Shown: positions 23,996 to 33,720 of the stretch, in pieces
Layout of the letters: the number at the start of each line of letters is the position of its first letter
Numbering within the stretch: the first letter of the stretch is position 1
Assembly (NCBI GenBank): GCA_050309605.1
Contig: JBNRMN010000052.1
Span: 1-64,000 of the forward strand
Length of the DNA: 64,000 nt
DNA from: Anaerohalosphaeraceae bacterium
GTDB taxonomy: Bacteria; Planctomycetota; Phycisphaerae; Sedimentisphaerales; Anaerohalosphaeraceae
Reading direction: 5' to 3'
The notes under the pieces: generated by a model
What the model saw: the letters and a program-made list of their open reading frames with translations, nothing else
What the model was told of the DNA's origin: nothing
Databases searched by the model: none
Made by a program: the position numbers and the translations under genes

Positions 23996-26284
23996 TTATG
24001 CGCTGCCGCCTTCTTCGGTCAGGGTTTCAATGCCGATCCTGCCCAGCGTCTTAAACAGCAAGATTGTCGCCGCCAGAGCCGCACCGGACAGAACAAATCC
24101 CCACGCCAGATTGCCGTAAATAAAATTGCCCACCGCAAACAGAGACGCATAAATCACCACGCACCCCAGGAACACGCACAAGATCTGATACGGCATCTTC
24201 CAGTCGCCCACCGCGTCGGTCCGGTCAATCTCCACGCCTTCGGCGCGGGCGTCCATAACCACTTTTCGCCAGCCCGGACCGCCGGGATGACACAGCCGGT
24301 AAAAATTACGCAGCGTCTGTTGATCCGCCGGCCGAGTCAAAAACGTCGCTGTCAGCCACACCACCGTAACAATGCCAACGCACACCAGAAGCTGTACCGA
24401 GAATTTCAGATGATTCAGCGCGGGGTGAAAGATATAAATCGCAGTGCCTTTGACAACACCGTCAAAGGTCATCGCAATCTCGTCCACAGTGGCCGCCTCC
24501 ACCAAGCCGAGCCGCGCACGGCGTTTGTTTTCGCGCTCAAACTCACACTGTCTCTGGTATTCACAAAACGTCTCAAAGTCTTCCTGCCACGGCCTGCCCT
24601 CTATCGCCTCAACCAGAACCGGCACAGACGCCGCCGTTCTCAACTGCTCAAGCTCCTGCAGTTTGGCGTCATATCGGGCACGGGCCGCATCCCGCGCATC
24701 GGACCCCTGGTCCCTGGCCTTGCGCCACGCTGCAACGAGCGTCTCAAGTTCGGCATCGACCTGATCAATGTGACGTTGATATTGGCGTTGTTCTGCAACT
24801 ACCGTATTGACCGTTTCGACGTCTTGAATGGAAAAGACCTGATCCCGCACGACGGGACTGTCAACATACCATTTGATCGTGCCTTTATCGCCGACGCCCA
24901 GCACAATCCAAAAGGCCACGATTGTCGCAGCCACCATCGCGATGATTTCCGTCCAGGCGTTAATCCGCCACCAGAACCACCGCAGCAAATAGATCGCCCC
25001 GGTTCCCGCACCGGACAACAGCAAGATCTCAAACGCCTGATTGGCGTCCTCCAGAAACGTCAGGGCGAAAAAACCGGCAATCAGCATCAGCATCACCGTA
25101 CAGATCCGACCGGCCAACACCAATTCTTTTTCAGAGGCATTGGGTTTCATAAACCGTTTGTACCAGTCGTTGACGACATAAGAAGACCCCCAGTTCAGAT
25201 GCGTTCCGATGGTGGACATATAGGCCGCAATCAGCGAGGCCACCACCAATCCGAGCAGGCCCGGCCCCATCTTGGAAATCATCACCGGATAGGCGATATC
25301 ATGCCGCAGATAGGTCGGATCGATGCCGGGAAACTCCGATTTGATGCTTTCCAGCGACGGATACACCACAATCGAGGCCAGCGCCACGATAATCCACGGC
25401 CACGGACGCATTGCATAATGCATAAAATTAAAAAACAGCGTTGCCCCGATGGCGTTTTTTTCATCTTTGGCCGAGAGCATCCGCTGGGCGATATATCCCC
25501 CGCCACCGGGTTCAGCACCCGGATACCACACGCTCCACCACTGAACCGCCACGGGAATCAGCAGCAGCGGCACCCACGCCAGCCAGTTCGAAAAGTCCGG
25601 CATCCAGCTTAATTTCCCGACCACCTCCGGGTGAGCCAGCAAAGCGTTTAGTCCGCCGACTTCCGGCTGATTGCACGCGACCACCGCCGCATAGACCGCC
25701 CCGAACATCGCCACCGAGTACTGGAAAAAGTCCGCCCAGATACAGCTTTTGATGCCCCCGGCCGTGGCGTAAATCACAACCCCGGCCGAGCCGAGCACCA
25801 CCGCCACCCACGGCTTGACGTCAAAAATCACCTGCCCGATTTTGATCGCCGCCAACGTGACTGTGCCCATAATCAAACAGTTGAAAAAAATCCCCAGATA
25901 CAGCGACCGAAACCCGCGGATAAAGGCCGCACTTTTGCCGCTGTAGCGCAGCTCATAAAACTCCAGATCCGTCATCACCCGCGACCGCCGCCATAGCTGG
26001 GCATAGATAAACACCGTCACCATACCGGTAATTAAAAACGCCCACCATCCCCAGTTGGCCACCACGCCGCCGCCGCGCACCATTCCCGTGACCAGGTTGG
26101 GCGTATCGCAGGAAAACGTGCACGCCACCATCGAGACGCCCAGCAGCCACCACGGCATACTGCGGCCGCCGAGAAAAAACTCCGCCGAACTGCGCCCCGC
26201 CGTTTTGGAAACAATCAAACCGATGGCGACAATCGCCGCAAAGAATACCACAAGAATCAACCAGTCTATCCCTGCCAGTGCCAT
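23996..26284 (-). CDS. Sodium:solute symporter (SSS family) with a long hydrophilic insertion
   Basis: EFFLGGRSMPWWLLGVSMVA, GGGYIAQRMLSAKDE, IAAYMST; multiple TM segments. Confidence 0.9.
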   Translation of the reverse strand: MALAGIDWLILVVFFAAIVAIGLIVSKTAGRSSAEFFLGGRSMPWWLLGVSMVACTFSCDTPNLVTGMVRGGGVVANWGWWAFLITGMVTVFIYAQLWRRSRVMTDLEFYELRYSGKSAAFIRGFRSLYLGIFFNCLIMGTVTLAAIKIGQVIFDVKPWVAVVLGSAGVVIYATAGGIKSCIWADFFQYSVAMFGAVYAAVVACNQPEVGGLNALLAHPEVVGKLSWMPDFSNWLAWVPLLLIPVAVQWWSVWYPGAEPGGGGYIAQRMLSAKDEKNAIGATLFFNFMHYAMRPWPWIIVALASIVVYPSLESIKSEFPGIDPTYLRHDIAYPVMISKMGPGLLGLVVASLIAAYMSTIGTHLNWGSSYVVNDWYKRFMKPNASEKELVLAGRICTVMLMLIAGFFALTFLEDANQAFEILLLSGAGTGAIYLLRWFWWRINAWTEIIAMVAATIVAFWIVLGVGDKGTIKWYVDSPVVRDQVFSIQDVETVNTVVAEQRQYQRHIDQVDAELETLVAAWRKARDQGSDARDAARARYDAKLQELEQLRTAASVPVLVEAIEGRPWQEDFETFCEYQRQCEFERENKRRARLGLVEAATVDEIAMTFDGVVKGTAIYIFHPALNHLKFSVQLLVCVGIVTVVWLTATFLTRPADQQTLRNFYRLCHPGGPGWRKVVMDARAEGVEIDRTDAVGDWKMPYQILCVFLGCVVIYASLFAVGNFIYGNLAWGFVLSGAALAATILLFKTLGRIGIETLTEEGGSA

Positions 26285-26305
26285 ACAGCCTTCCTTTTCT
26301 AATGA

Positions 26306-27232
26306 TTACGATTTATTCTGCCTGCCGCGAAAAAATTCAATGGTCTCGGCAAGCCCTCGTTCAAAATCCGTCTGCAGAGTAAATCCGGCATCGGTTATTT
26401 TGTCGATGCTCGCCAGTGAATGTTTGACATCGCCGGCGCGAACCGGAGCGTACTGAATCTCGGACGACGAGCCGGTCAGGTCGATAATGTGTCGGGCGAT
26501 CTCGTTAATCGTCTGCCGCCTCCCGCACGCCACATTATACACACCGCTCAAAGAGTCGTGCTCGGCCAGAAACACATTGGCCCCCACGATATCCTTGACG
26601 AAAATAAAATCCCGCGTCTGGGCGCCGTCGCCGAAAATCGTTATCGGCTCGTTGCGCAGCGCCTTATGAATAAAAATCGGAATCGCCGCGGCATACGGAC
26701 TGTTCGGATCCTGCCGCGGTCCGAACACATTAAAATACCGCATACAGGCCGTCGGCAGCCAGCCTTCCTGAGCATATATACTGCAATAATATTCACCGTC
26801 CAGCTTGGTCACCGCATACGGACTTTTCGGTTCGGGGATCATCGTCTCGACCTTGGGCACCGCGGGATTGTCGCCATAGATTGCCGCCGAACTGCTGAAA
26901 CAGAGTTTTTTAACACCGGCCCAGGCCGCTTCCTGCAGCACAATCGTCGTGCCCTGCGTATTGATGGTGATGCACTCTTCGGGATGATCCATCGATTCGG
27001 GCACACTGATCATCGCCGCCAGATGAAACACATAATCCACATCCTGCATCGCGGCCTTGACATCCCTGCGTGAGGCCACCGATCCGTCGATGAATTCGCA
27101 GTCAATACCGTCCAGATTCTCACGCCGGCCCGTACGCAGATTGTCCAGCACACGAACCTGTGCCTTGTCGGCATAATACGCCGCGATATGACTGCCGATA
27201 AAACCGGCCCCGCCTGTTACAAGGACGCGCAT
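26306..27232 (-). CDS. NAD-dependent epimerase (UDP-Glc/GlcNAc 4-epimerase-like extended SDR)
   Basis: MRVLVTGGAGFIGSH, SSSAAIYG, YAVTK, RYFNVFGPRQDP. Confidence 0.9.
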   Translation of the reverse strand: MRVLVTGGAGFIGSHIAAYYADKAQVRVLDNLRTGRRENLDGIDCEFIDGSVASRRDVKAAMQDVDYVFHLAAMISVPESMDHPEECITINTQGTTIVLQEAAWAGVKKLCFSSSAAIYGDNPAVPKVETMIPEPKSPYAVTKLDGEYYCSIYAQEGWLPTACMRYFNVFGPRQDPNSPYAAAIPIFIHKALRNEPITIFGDGAQTRDFIFVKDIVGANVFLAEHDSLSGVYNVACGRRQTINEIARHIIDLTGSSSEIQYAPVRAGDVKHSLASIDKITDAGFTLQTDFERGLAETIEFFRGRQNKS

Positions 27233-28368
27233 TGTCCGGTTCTCCCAGAGACGGCCGACCGGGCGGCGTCTCGCCAAATGGTTTCCGTAATTCGATGCAT
27301 CCGATCCTCCTGCTCAATCATCGATTGCACCAGCTTCATTTGTGTTCGGGCGCGATCCAGATTATGCTCGGGTCGGGCGATCTTGTAATACACATCGCCG
27401 GCCAGATAGTCGCCCAGAAAGCGAATCATCTGCTCAAACGTGATCAATTTGCCCGCAAAGGCCAGATACTGCTTCTCGATCGGCGTAAAAAACGTCTCCG
27501 CCTCGACCGCAAATCCCCGCGCAATCGGTTCAAACAGCGAGATATCCATCCACACGTTCGACAAATCCCGCTCATCCTCAGCGGCCGGACACGTCGCCGT
27601 GCGAACCATATCGCCCACATCATACAGCGACAGCCCCGGCATCACCGTATCCAGGTCAATCACACACACACCCTTGTCAGTCGTCCGATCAAACAGCACA
27701 TTGTTGATTTTGGTATCGTTGTGTGTCACGCGAACGGGAATCTTGCCTTGATTCTGAAGCTCCACCAGCACGCCGCATATCTCGGCATGGTTCTGAACAA
27801 AGGCGATTTCCTCTTTGACCTGAGCGGCTCGGTTGCAGGGGTCTTTGTCCAGCACCTTACCGAACGCTTCAAGCCGCTTGGGCGTATGATGAAAATCCGG
27901 TATCGTCTCATGCAGCGGACCGCCCGGCAGATCGCTGAGCATCTTCTGAAACGCACCAAACATCCGCGCCGCCTCATACGCCTGAGCGGGACTGCTCAGC
28001 ACATCATAGGACACCGTTGACTCGATCCGATTGTACATACGCCAGTAATTGCCCTCCGGACACCGATAGCAGCCCGCCTGATCCCGCGTGCGGATAACGC
28101 GAAGCTGCCGAGCCCCCAGCGCCGGATTGTATTGGACGGTTTGACGGCGGATATGCTCGGTAACACGGAGCACATTGTCCATCAGGGCAAACGGATACCG
28201 AAACACCTTATGGTTGATCCGCTGCAAAATGTAACGAACCGTCGATCCGTCGCAGTCGGCCTGAACCGAATAGGTATCATTGATATGACCGCCGCCGAAC
28301 GGTTCTATTCGCTCAACCCGTCCGGCAATCTCAAACTGTTCGACAATTGTTTTCAGGTGGTTGTTCAT
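27217..28368 (-). CDS. Aminoglycoside-phosphotransferase-fold sugar kinase (N-acetylhexosamine 1-kinase-like)
   Basis: GGGHINDTY, YILQRINH, ETIPDFH, HNDTKINN, IDLDTVMPG, RFLGDYLAGDVYYK. Confidence 0.85.
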   Translation of the reverse strand: MNNHLKTIVEQFEIAGRVERIEPFGGGHINDTYSVQADCDGSTVRYILQRINHKVFRYPFALMDNVLRVTEHIRRQTVQYNPALGARQLRVIRTRDQAGCYRCPEGNYWRMYNRIESTVSYDVLSSPAQAYEAARMFGAFQKMLSDLPGGPLHETIPDFHHTPKRLEAFGKVLDKDPCNRAAQVKEEIAFVQNHAEICGVLVELQNQGKIPVRVTHNDTKINNVLFDRTTDKGVCVIDLDTVMPGLSLYDVGDMVRTATCPAAEDERDLSNVWMDISLFEPIARGFAVEAETFFTPIEKQYLAFAGKLITFEQMIRFLGDYLAGDVYYKIARPEHNLDRARTQMKLVQSMIEQEDRMHRITETIWRDAARSAVSGRTGQCASL

Positions 28369-28385
28369 CACAAAGCCTTTGCTGT

Positions 28386-30353
28386 CTATTCGTCTTTCGT
28401 AATGCTGATGATGCCGTTGGAATCCGATCCGCCGTCGCTGCGAACCACCGCACGCAGCCGATACGCCGCCTGCGGATCAAAATCCTTTTGGGGAACGACA
28501 AGCTTGTATGTATTGCGATAATTCGAGCCGCCGGTGCGCCCCTCATGAACATCCGTCGCAACCAAAACGTCGCCGCTGAGAAGCTGTACCTCGCGAATAT
28601 CCAGGCGATGAGCGCCGTGCGTATAGGAAAAGTGAACCGTATAGGTTCCCGGCTCTTGAAGATGGCCGCCCACATCCCAGGTCATCGGTTGATAGGTCTC
28701 ATCGGTCTGCCCCGACGACCAGCGGCCGATTTCAATCCGCGGCGGATCCAGCGGACGATAATGCATCTTCACGTAGGAAAGTCGCTGGGTATGCCGGGTC
28801 ATCCGATTGTAAAAATCGGAATAATCCTTTCTTTCCATCGGCGTCCAGGCAATTTCCGACAGTGCACACCCCCGCGGAAACGCCATATAAGCGGCATGTT
28901 CCGGCGTGGAAATGTATTCCGTCCAGATTTGAGCCTGCACCCCCAGGATATGCTTTTTCTGGGTGTCTGTCAGCACGCTCGGAACCGGATCATACGAATA
29001 GACTCTTTCCAGCGGTATAAATCCGCCGATGGCCAGCGGCTCTGTTTGGGGATCGGCCTGATAATAATCAAAATAAAGGTGCGTATTGGACGCCATCACC
29101 ACATCATGGCCGGCCCGTGCGGCCTGGATGCCTCCGCTTTCGCCGCGCCAGCTCATCACCGTCGCGTTCGGCGCCAGCCCCCCTTCCAGAATCTCATCCC
29201 AGCCGATCAGACGCCGTCCATGGGCGTTCAGGAATCTCTCGATTCGCTGAACAAAATAGCTTTGCAGCTCGTGTTCATCGGCCAGCCCTTCCTGTTCGAT
29301 TCGCGCCTGACAGTGGGGACAGGCTTCCCATCGCACCTTAGGGCACTCGTCCCCGCCGATATGAATATACTCACCGGGGAACAGTTCCATCGTTTCGGTC
29401 AGAACATCTTTGAGAAACTCAAACACCTTGTCGTTGCCGGCACAATAAACATCCCGCATAATACCCCATCGGGTTTGCACTTCAAACGGTCCGCCCGTGC
29501 AGGACAATTCAGGATAGGCCGCAAGCACCGCCATACAATGTCCGGGCATCTCGATTTCAGGCACAATGGTAATAAACTGCTGCTGAGCATACGCAACAAT
29601 CTCGCGGATTTCCTCTTGGGTATAAAACCCGCCGTGCGGCGTCCCGTCGTAGTCTTGGGTATTGCGCCCGAGGACTGTCTCTTTGCGCCAGGACGATATC
29701 TCTGTCAGTTTCGGATACTTCTTGATCTCGATCCGCCAGCCCTGATCTTCGTTCAGATGCCAGTGGAAGGTATTCATTTTATGCAGCGCCAGCACATCAA
29801 TGAATTTCATCACAAATTCCTTCGGCATAAAATGACGCGACGTATCCAGCATCATTCCGCGCCAGCCGAACCGGGGATAATCTTCAATCTTCACGCACGG
29901 CACAGTCCACGCCGCGCCCTGGACTTTCGAGGGGCTGAATATCTCTGTCGGCAAGAGCTGCCGCAGCGTCTGTCCGCCGTAAAACAACCCCGCCGGCGAC
30001 GGGGCCGTAATCACCACCTGTCGGACGCCTGCATCCAGACGATAGCCTTCCTGACCCAACGCCTCGAGCGACGGATCTATCTTCAGAACGATCCGATTCG
30101 CCTGATCCGACACCCAGCGTCGCACAGGCAGCGCAAACCCTGTGGCCGGGCGCAACTGCGCAGCCAGCCGACGACCGACCGACTCAGAAGCGTGTTCAAC
30201 CGCGATAACGGTATCGGAGGTCACCTCGAATTCGCCTGACTGCACCTCCAGTTTTACCGGTTGAGGAATAATCGAAACCGTCGATTGGCCGATTGCCGCG
30301 CTGGCGACTATTGTCATCGTCATAAGAGATACGAATCTTCGCAAACCATTCAT
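28386..30353 (-). CDS. Beta-N-acetylhexosaminidase (GH20)
   Basis: DYPRFGWRGMMLDTSRHF, HWHLNEDQGWR, PEIEMPGH, HIGGDEC, WTEY; signal peptide; ORF track start 30428. Confidence 0.93.
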   Translation of the reverse strand: MNGLRRFVSLMTMTIVASAAIGQSTVSIIPQPVKLEVQSGEFEVTSDTVIAVEHASESVGRRLAAQLRPATGFALPVRRWVSDQANRIVLKIDPSLEALGQEGYRLDAGVRQVVITAPSPAGLFYGGQTLRQLLPTEIFSPSKVQGAAWTVPCVKIEDYPRFGWRGMMLDTSRHFMPKEFVMKFIDVLALHKMNTFHWHLNEDQGWRIEIKKYPKLTEISSWRKETVLGRNTQDYDGTPHGGFYTQEEIREIVAYAQQQFITIVPEIEMPGHCMAVLAAYPELSCTGGPFEVQTRWGIMRDVYCAGNDKVFEFLKDVLTETMELFPGEYIHIGGDECPKVRWEACPHCQARIEQEGLADEHELQSYFVQRIERFLNAHGRRLIGWDEILEGGLAPNATVMSWRGESGGIQAARAGHDVVMASNTHLYFDYYQADPQTEPLAIGGFIPLERVYSYDPVPSVLTDTQKKHILGVQAQIWTEYISTPEHAAYMAFPRGCALSEIAWTPMERKDYSDFYNRMTRHTQRLSYVKMHYRPLDPPRIEIGRWSSGQTDETYQPMTWDVGGHLQEPGTYTVHFSYTHGAHRLDIREVQLLSGDVLVATDVHEGRTGGSNYRNTYKLVVPQKDFDPQAAYRLRAVVRSDGGSDSNGIISITKDE

Positions 30354-30372
30354 AGGCACTGTCCTTTCCAAT

Positions 30373-31305
30373 TTATCTTGACTGACTATCTCTCGCATAC
30401 AGATATTCGGGATAAACGCCCTGCTCAATCAATTGACGTACCTTCTCCTGAGCGATCGCCTGATCCTCGCGATACGTGATGCCGAACCAATTCTCGTTTG
30501 TGCTTAGAATTTGAACCTTTCTGAGACCTTTATGAATTAAGGCATCAACCGCTGTTGGAATGCCGAATTCACTTGTTGGGTTATCGCCCTCTGTTTTCAG
30601 GTAGCCGTCAAACTGCATCTGTAGAAAATCAAAAACATCCGACCCCAGCCCCCACAAATTCATCGACACATATTCCTCCCCCGACAGCCGATGCGACGCG
30701 CCCGAAGCGTCCTGATAAACGGCGCCTGTGCCGTCTTTTCGAATGCCGGTGCATTCCTGAATCGAAGTCAGCCTCATCTGCGCGTCGTACCGGCACAGGC
30801 CGCGGGATACCGCCCCGTATTCCGACAGCGTATTGCGCAGAAGATACCCCACCATCGCATAATCAGCGGCCTTGCCGGCGGCCATGTTGTCCAGATGCGA
30901 CGCCATCACGCGATACGCCTGGACGCCGTAATAATCGTCGGCGTTAATCACGGCAAACGGCTCATTAATCACGTCTTTGGCCACCAGAATCGCATGCCCC
31001 GTTCCCCAGGGCTTTTCGCGATGGGCCGGCAGCGAATAGCCGTTCAGACACGCATCCAATTCCTGATAGGCATACGCCGTTTCCACCTGATTTGCAAATT
31101 TATGGCCGATCTTCTCTCGAAAGGCGTCTTCAAAATAATGGCGAATCACAAAGACGATCTTGTCAAAACCCGCTCGAAGCGCATCATAAATGGAATAGTC
31201 AATAATGATTTCACCGTTCGGGCCGACGGGGGCGATCTGTTTCAGCCCCCCGTAGCGGCTTCCCAATCCGGCGGCGATAATAAGCAGTGTTTTTTTCTTC
31301 ACCAA
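30373..31305 (-). CDS. Sugar-phosphate nucleotidyltransferase
   Basis: AAGLGSRYGGLKQ, KPWGTGHA, NADDYYG, SMNLWG. Confidence 0.88.
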   Translation of the reverse strand: MVKKKTLLIIAAGLGSRYGGLKQIAPVGPNGEIIIDYSIYDALRAGFDKIVFVIRHYFEDAFREKIGHKFANQVETAYAYQELDACLNGYSLPAHREKPWGTGHAILVAKDVINEPFAVINADDYYGVQAYRVMASHLDNMAAGKAADYAMVGYLLRNTLSEYGAVSRGLCRYDAQMRLTSIQECTGIRKDGTGAVYQDASGASHRLSGEEYVSMNLWGLGSDVFDFLQMQFDGYLKTEGDNPTSEFGIPTAVDALIHKGLRKVQILSTNENWFGITYREDQAIAQEKVRQLIEQGVYPEYLYARDSQSR

Positions 31306-31316
31306 AAGACAACCCC

Positions 31317-33686
31317 TTAATCAAATGCCTCAATGGACTTGCGCAGCGTTCGACACGACTGGTAAAACTCGTCCGGCTCCATTTCTTTGAGGAAGACGAA
31401 CCCCCGCGTTGCGCGAATCAGCGGGCTTTTGTGATTGTAAAACCATTCCCGCCCCAGACAGGTCTTGAGCACCTGATACTGCTGAACCTGAATCCGCTGA
31501 GCCAGTTCCGAAAACGGCCCGTCGTGCTCATAACTGGGAAACGACGCTTCTTTCTGGCTGAGAAACGCATTCTCAAACGACTGATGCATCACCGAAAACA
31601 TATTCAGGCTCACCGGCACAAACACATTCGCCTCTGACGGCTCAAACCGATACCACACATTGCGATATCCCCACACCCGAATATCATCACGTTTGGTCTT
31701 CTGTTGATAGACCTGCATCGCCTCGGAGACGGCCTGAAGCACTTTATAGTGCGTATCCGGCCCGCTGGCTTCCGGGTCCAGCGCCACGGTGACCACGTCC
31801 GGATGAATACGCTCCAATTGTTCAACAATCGGCAGAATGTCGCGTTTGCGCGTCGGCTGCGGCGTGAACACATCCCCGGTATAAAACCCAAGCCGCAGAT
31901 GCATCACATTATCGCAGTTCCAGCCGTAATAGCCCCACAGACACTCCACTTCCCACTCACGGCACATGCCTTTGAGCTGCTGAATCGCCGGCGGGTCCTG
32001 CTTGCCGGGGTACTGCGTTCGAAAATAATCCAGCAGGTCGTCAATAATCTTTTCAATCTTATCGCTTTTTTTCTGCCCGTACACCGCGTACAAATTCCGC
32101 AAAAAGCGGCGCGCGCAGCCTTCGTCCTTCATCTCGGCGTTTCCGGCCGCCACCCCGTCCAGATACTGCCAGACATCACGATTCCGTGCCATCCGGTTGT
32201 CCGGTTCAAAATATCCCTCACGCCGCAACGCCGCAAACGAATGCGAATGATAAAACCGCCAAAGCGTGGATACCTGCCATTCCATAAACCGGTTGGTCAC
32301 CGACGTAAAGCCGCTGGTCAGCGTCATAAAATGATGGCGGTTGCTCGCCTTTCGAAAATGACGCACCAAATGACCGAAATACCCCAGCATAATATCATCA
32401 TGATGTGGTTCGGTATGCAGAAAACAGGTGTTCTCCAATACCTCAATGCCTTTTTTGATCTTCTGCTCAAGACGCTCCTGCACCTGTCGGGCCAATTGCG
32501 CGGGGGGGTGTTTTTCTTTGCGCACTGTTTCCGCGGCAAATCGATGCTGCTCAAAATCGCCGGCCGACAGACGCGAGAGCCTCTTTCTTTTCTGAACCGA
32601 CAGATCAATGACATATTTTTCGATATCCGCATCACTGAGCTTTCGCTGTTTGCGCAGCCGATGATACTGCCGTTCTTCAAGTCCTTTGGCCGCCCCCTCG
32701 GTCAGATAGAACCGAGCACCCGGCAACACCTGAAGCGAAGTCGCCGGATAGCGAACGTCCTTGCCCGATTGGATCGCATGGGCCACCACATCGGCTTTCG
32801 CCTCGCCGGCGGCCATAATAATCGCGGTGCAGTCCGGGTTGCGGGTAATGGTTCGCAGGCCAATGGTAATCACATGCGACCGCCGTGCGATTTCAATCCC
32901 GCCCAGATCGCCCGCCGCGGCGGCCTGCGTCTCATAATTGGTCGGACACAGCCGTGTCGTGGAATGATGATCCGAACCGCTGATATTAAACCCGATATGA
33001 CCGTCCGGCCCGATGCCGCCCAGAAAGAAGCCGATACCGCCCAATTCGGCGATGCGATCCTCATAATCCATACACCACTGGTCAATGCGCTCCAGCACAT
33101 CCTTCTGCTCGCACTCCAGATTGGTCTTGGGCTGACGATAACGCAGCGTCAAATCCACCCGCTTGTCCGGCCAGACGCGCTCCAGTGTCTGCCCAGACGA
33201 CAGACCGATCTTGCACGGATCGATCAGCATCGCCTTTTTCGGTTCCAGACCGAAGTTTTTGAGATAATACGTCTTGACGTAATAACAAAAGCTGTTGGCC
33301 TGGGCTGAATTGATTGGATAAAACTCATCAATCTGGACAAAATGAAGGCTTTTCATATCCGGCTTGACGGCCGGATCAATGCCCCATTCAATGAGCATCT
33401 TTTCGGTTTCGGGCTTGTGCCAGGTTTTCAGCAGATGCCGAACCCACTTGATGAAATACTCCGGCGTCTTGCCTGTCGGCAGTGAAATCAACCCGCCGGG
33501 ATGCTGCTGAACCCATTCCAGAAAACGCAGCGCCGCCAATTGGCCCAGGACGGGAAAACTGTTCACCACCAAAGACGGTATCTTCTCTGTCGGCGGATAG
33601 ATCATGTCATAAGCCGAACAGGCCAGCGCCTTTTTTTCGACGTGCGACAGTCGAACCGATGTTGTTACTCTTTTTTTTGCATCCAT
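31317..33686 (-). CDS. nagB: Glucosamine-6-phosphate deaminase, long form with C-terminal PIG-L/LmbE-like domain
   Basis: LPTGKTP, QIDEFYP, GGIGPDGHIGFN, ITIGL; C-terminal half has EPHHDD and DPEASGPDTHYK. Confidence 0.85.
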   Translation of the reverse strand: MDAKKRVTTSVRLSHVEKKALACSAYDMIYPPTEKIPSLVVNSFPVLGQLAALRFLEWVQQHPGGLISLPTGKTPEYFIKWVRHLLKTWHKPETEKMLIEWGIDPAVKPDMKSLHFVQIDEFYPINSAQANSFCYYVKTYYLKNFGLEPKKAMLIDPCKIGLSSGQTLERVWPDKRVDLTLRYRQPKTNLECEQKDVLERIDQWCMDYEDRIAELGGIGFFLGGIGPDGHIGFNISGSDHHSTTRLCPTNYETQAAAAGDLGGIEIARRSHVITIGLRTITRNPDCTAIIMAAGEAKADVVAHAIQSGKDVRYPATSLQVLPGARFYLTEGAAKGLEERQYHRLRKQRKLSDADIEKYVIDLSVQKRKRLSRLSAGDFEQHRFAAETVRKEKHPPAQLARQVQERLEQKIKKGIEVLENTCFLHTEPHHDDIMLGYFGHLVRHFRKASNRHHFMTLTSGFTSVTNRFMEWQVSTLWRFYHSHSFAALRREGYFEPDNRMARNRDVWQYLDGVAAGNAEMKDEGCARRFLRNLYAVYGQKKSDKIEKIIDDLLDYFRTQYPGKQDPPAIQQLKGMCREWEVECLWGYYGWNCDNVMHLRLGFYTGDVFTPQPTRKRDILPIVEQLERIHPDVVTVALDPEASGPDTHYKVLQAVSEAMQVYQQKTKRDDIRVWGYRNVWYRFEPSEANVFVPVSLNMFSVMHQSFENAFLSQKEASFPSYEHDGPFSELAQRIQVQQYQVLKTCLGREWFYNHKSPLIRATRGFVFLKEMEPDEFYQSCRTLRKSIEAFD

Positions 33687-33720
33687 ACGTTCACAAACAA
33701 GTAAGAAAATGTAATAAAAG

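Noticed and set aside
28347..30239. Long plus-strand ORF of 630 aa (likewise 17050..18612, 21916..23163, 24287..25612, 31704..33308 and minus-strand 47005..48603)
   Set aside because: Antisense shadows of well-supported genes, expected in GC-rich DNA; no recognisable motifs
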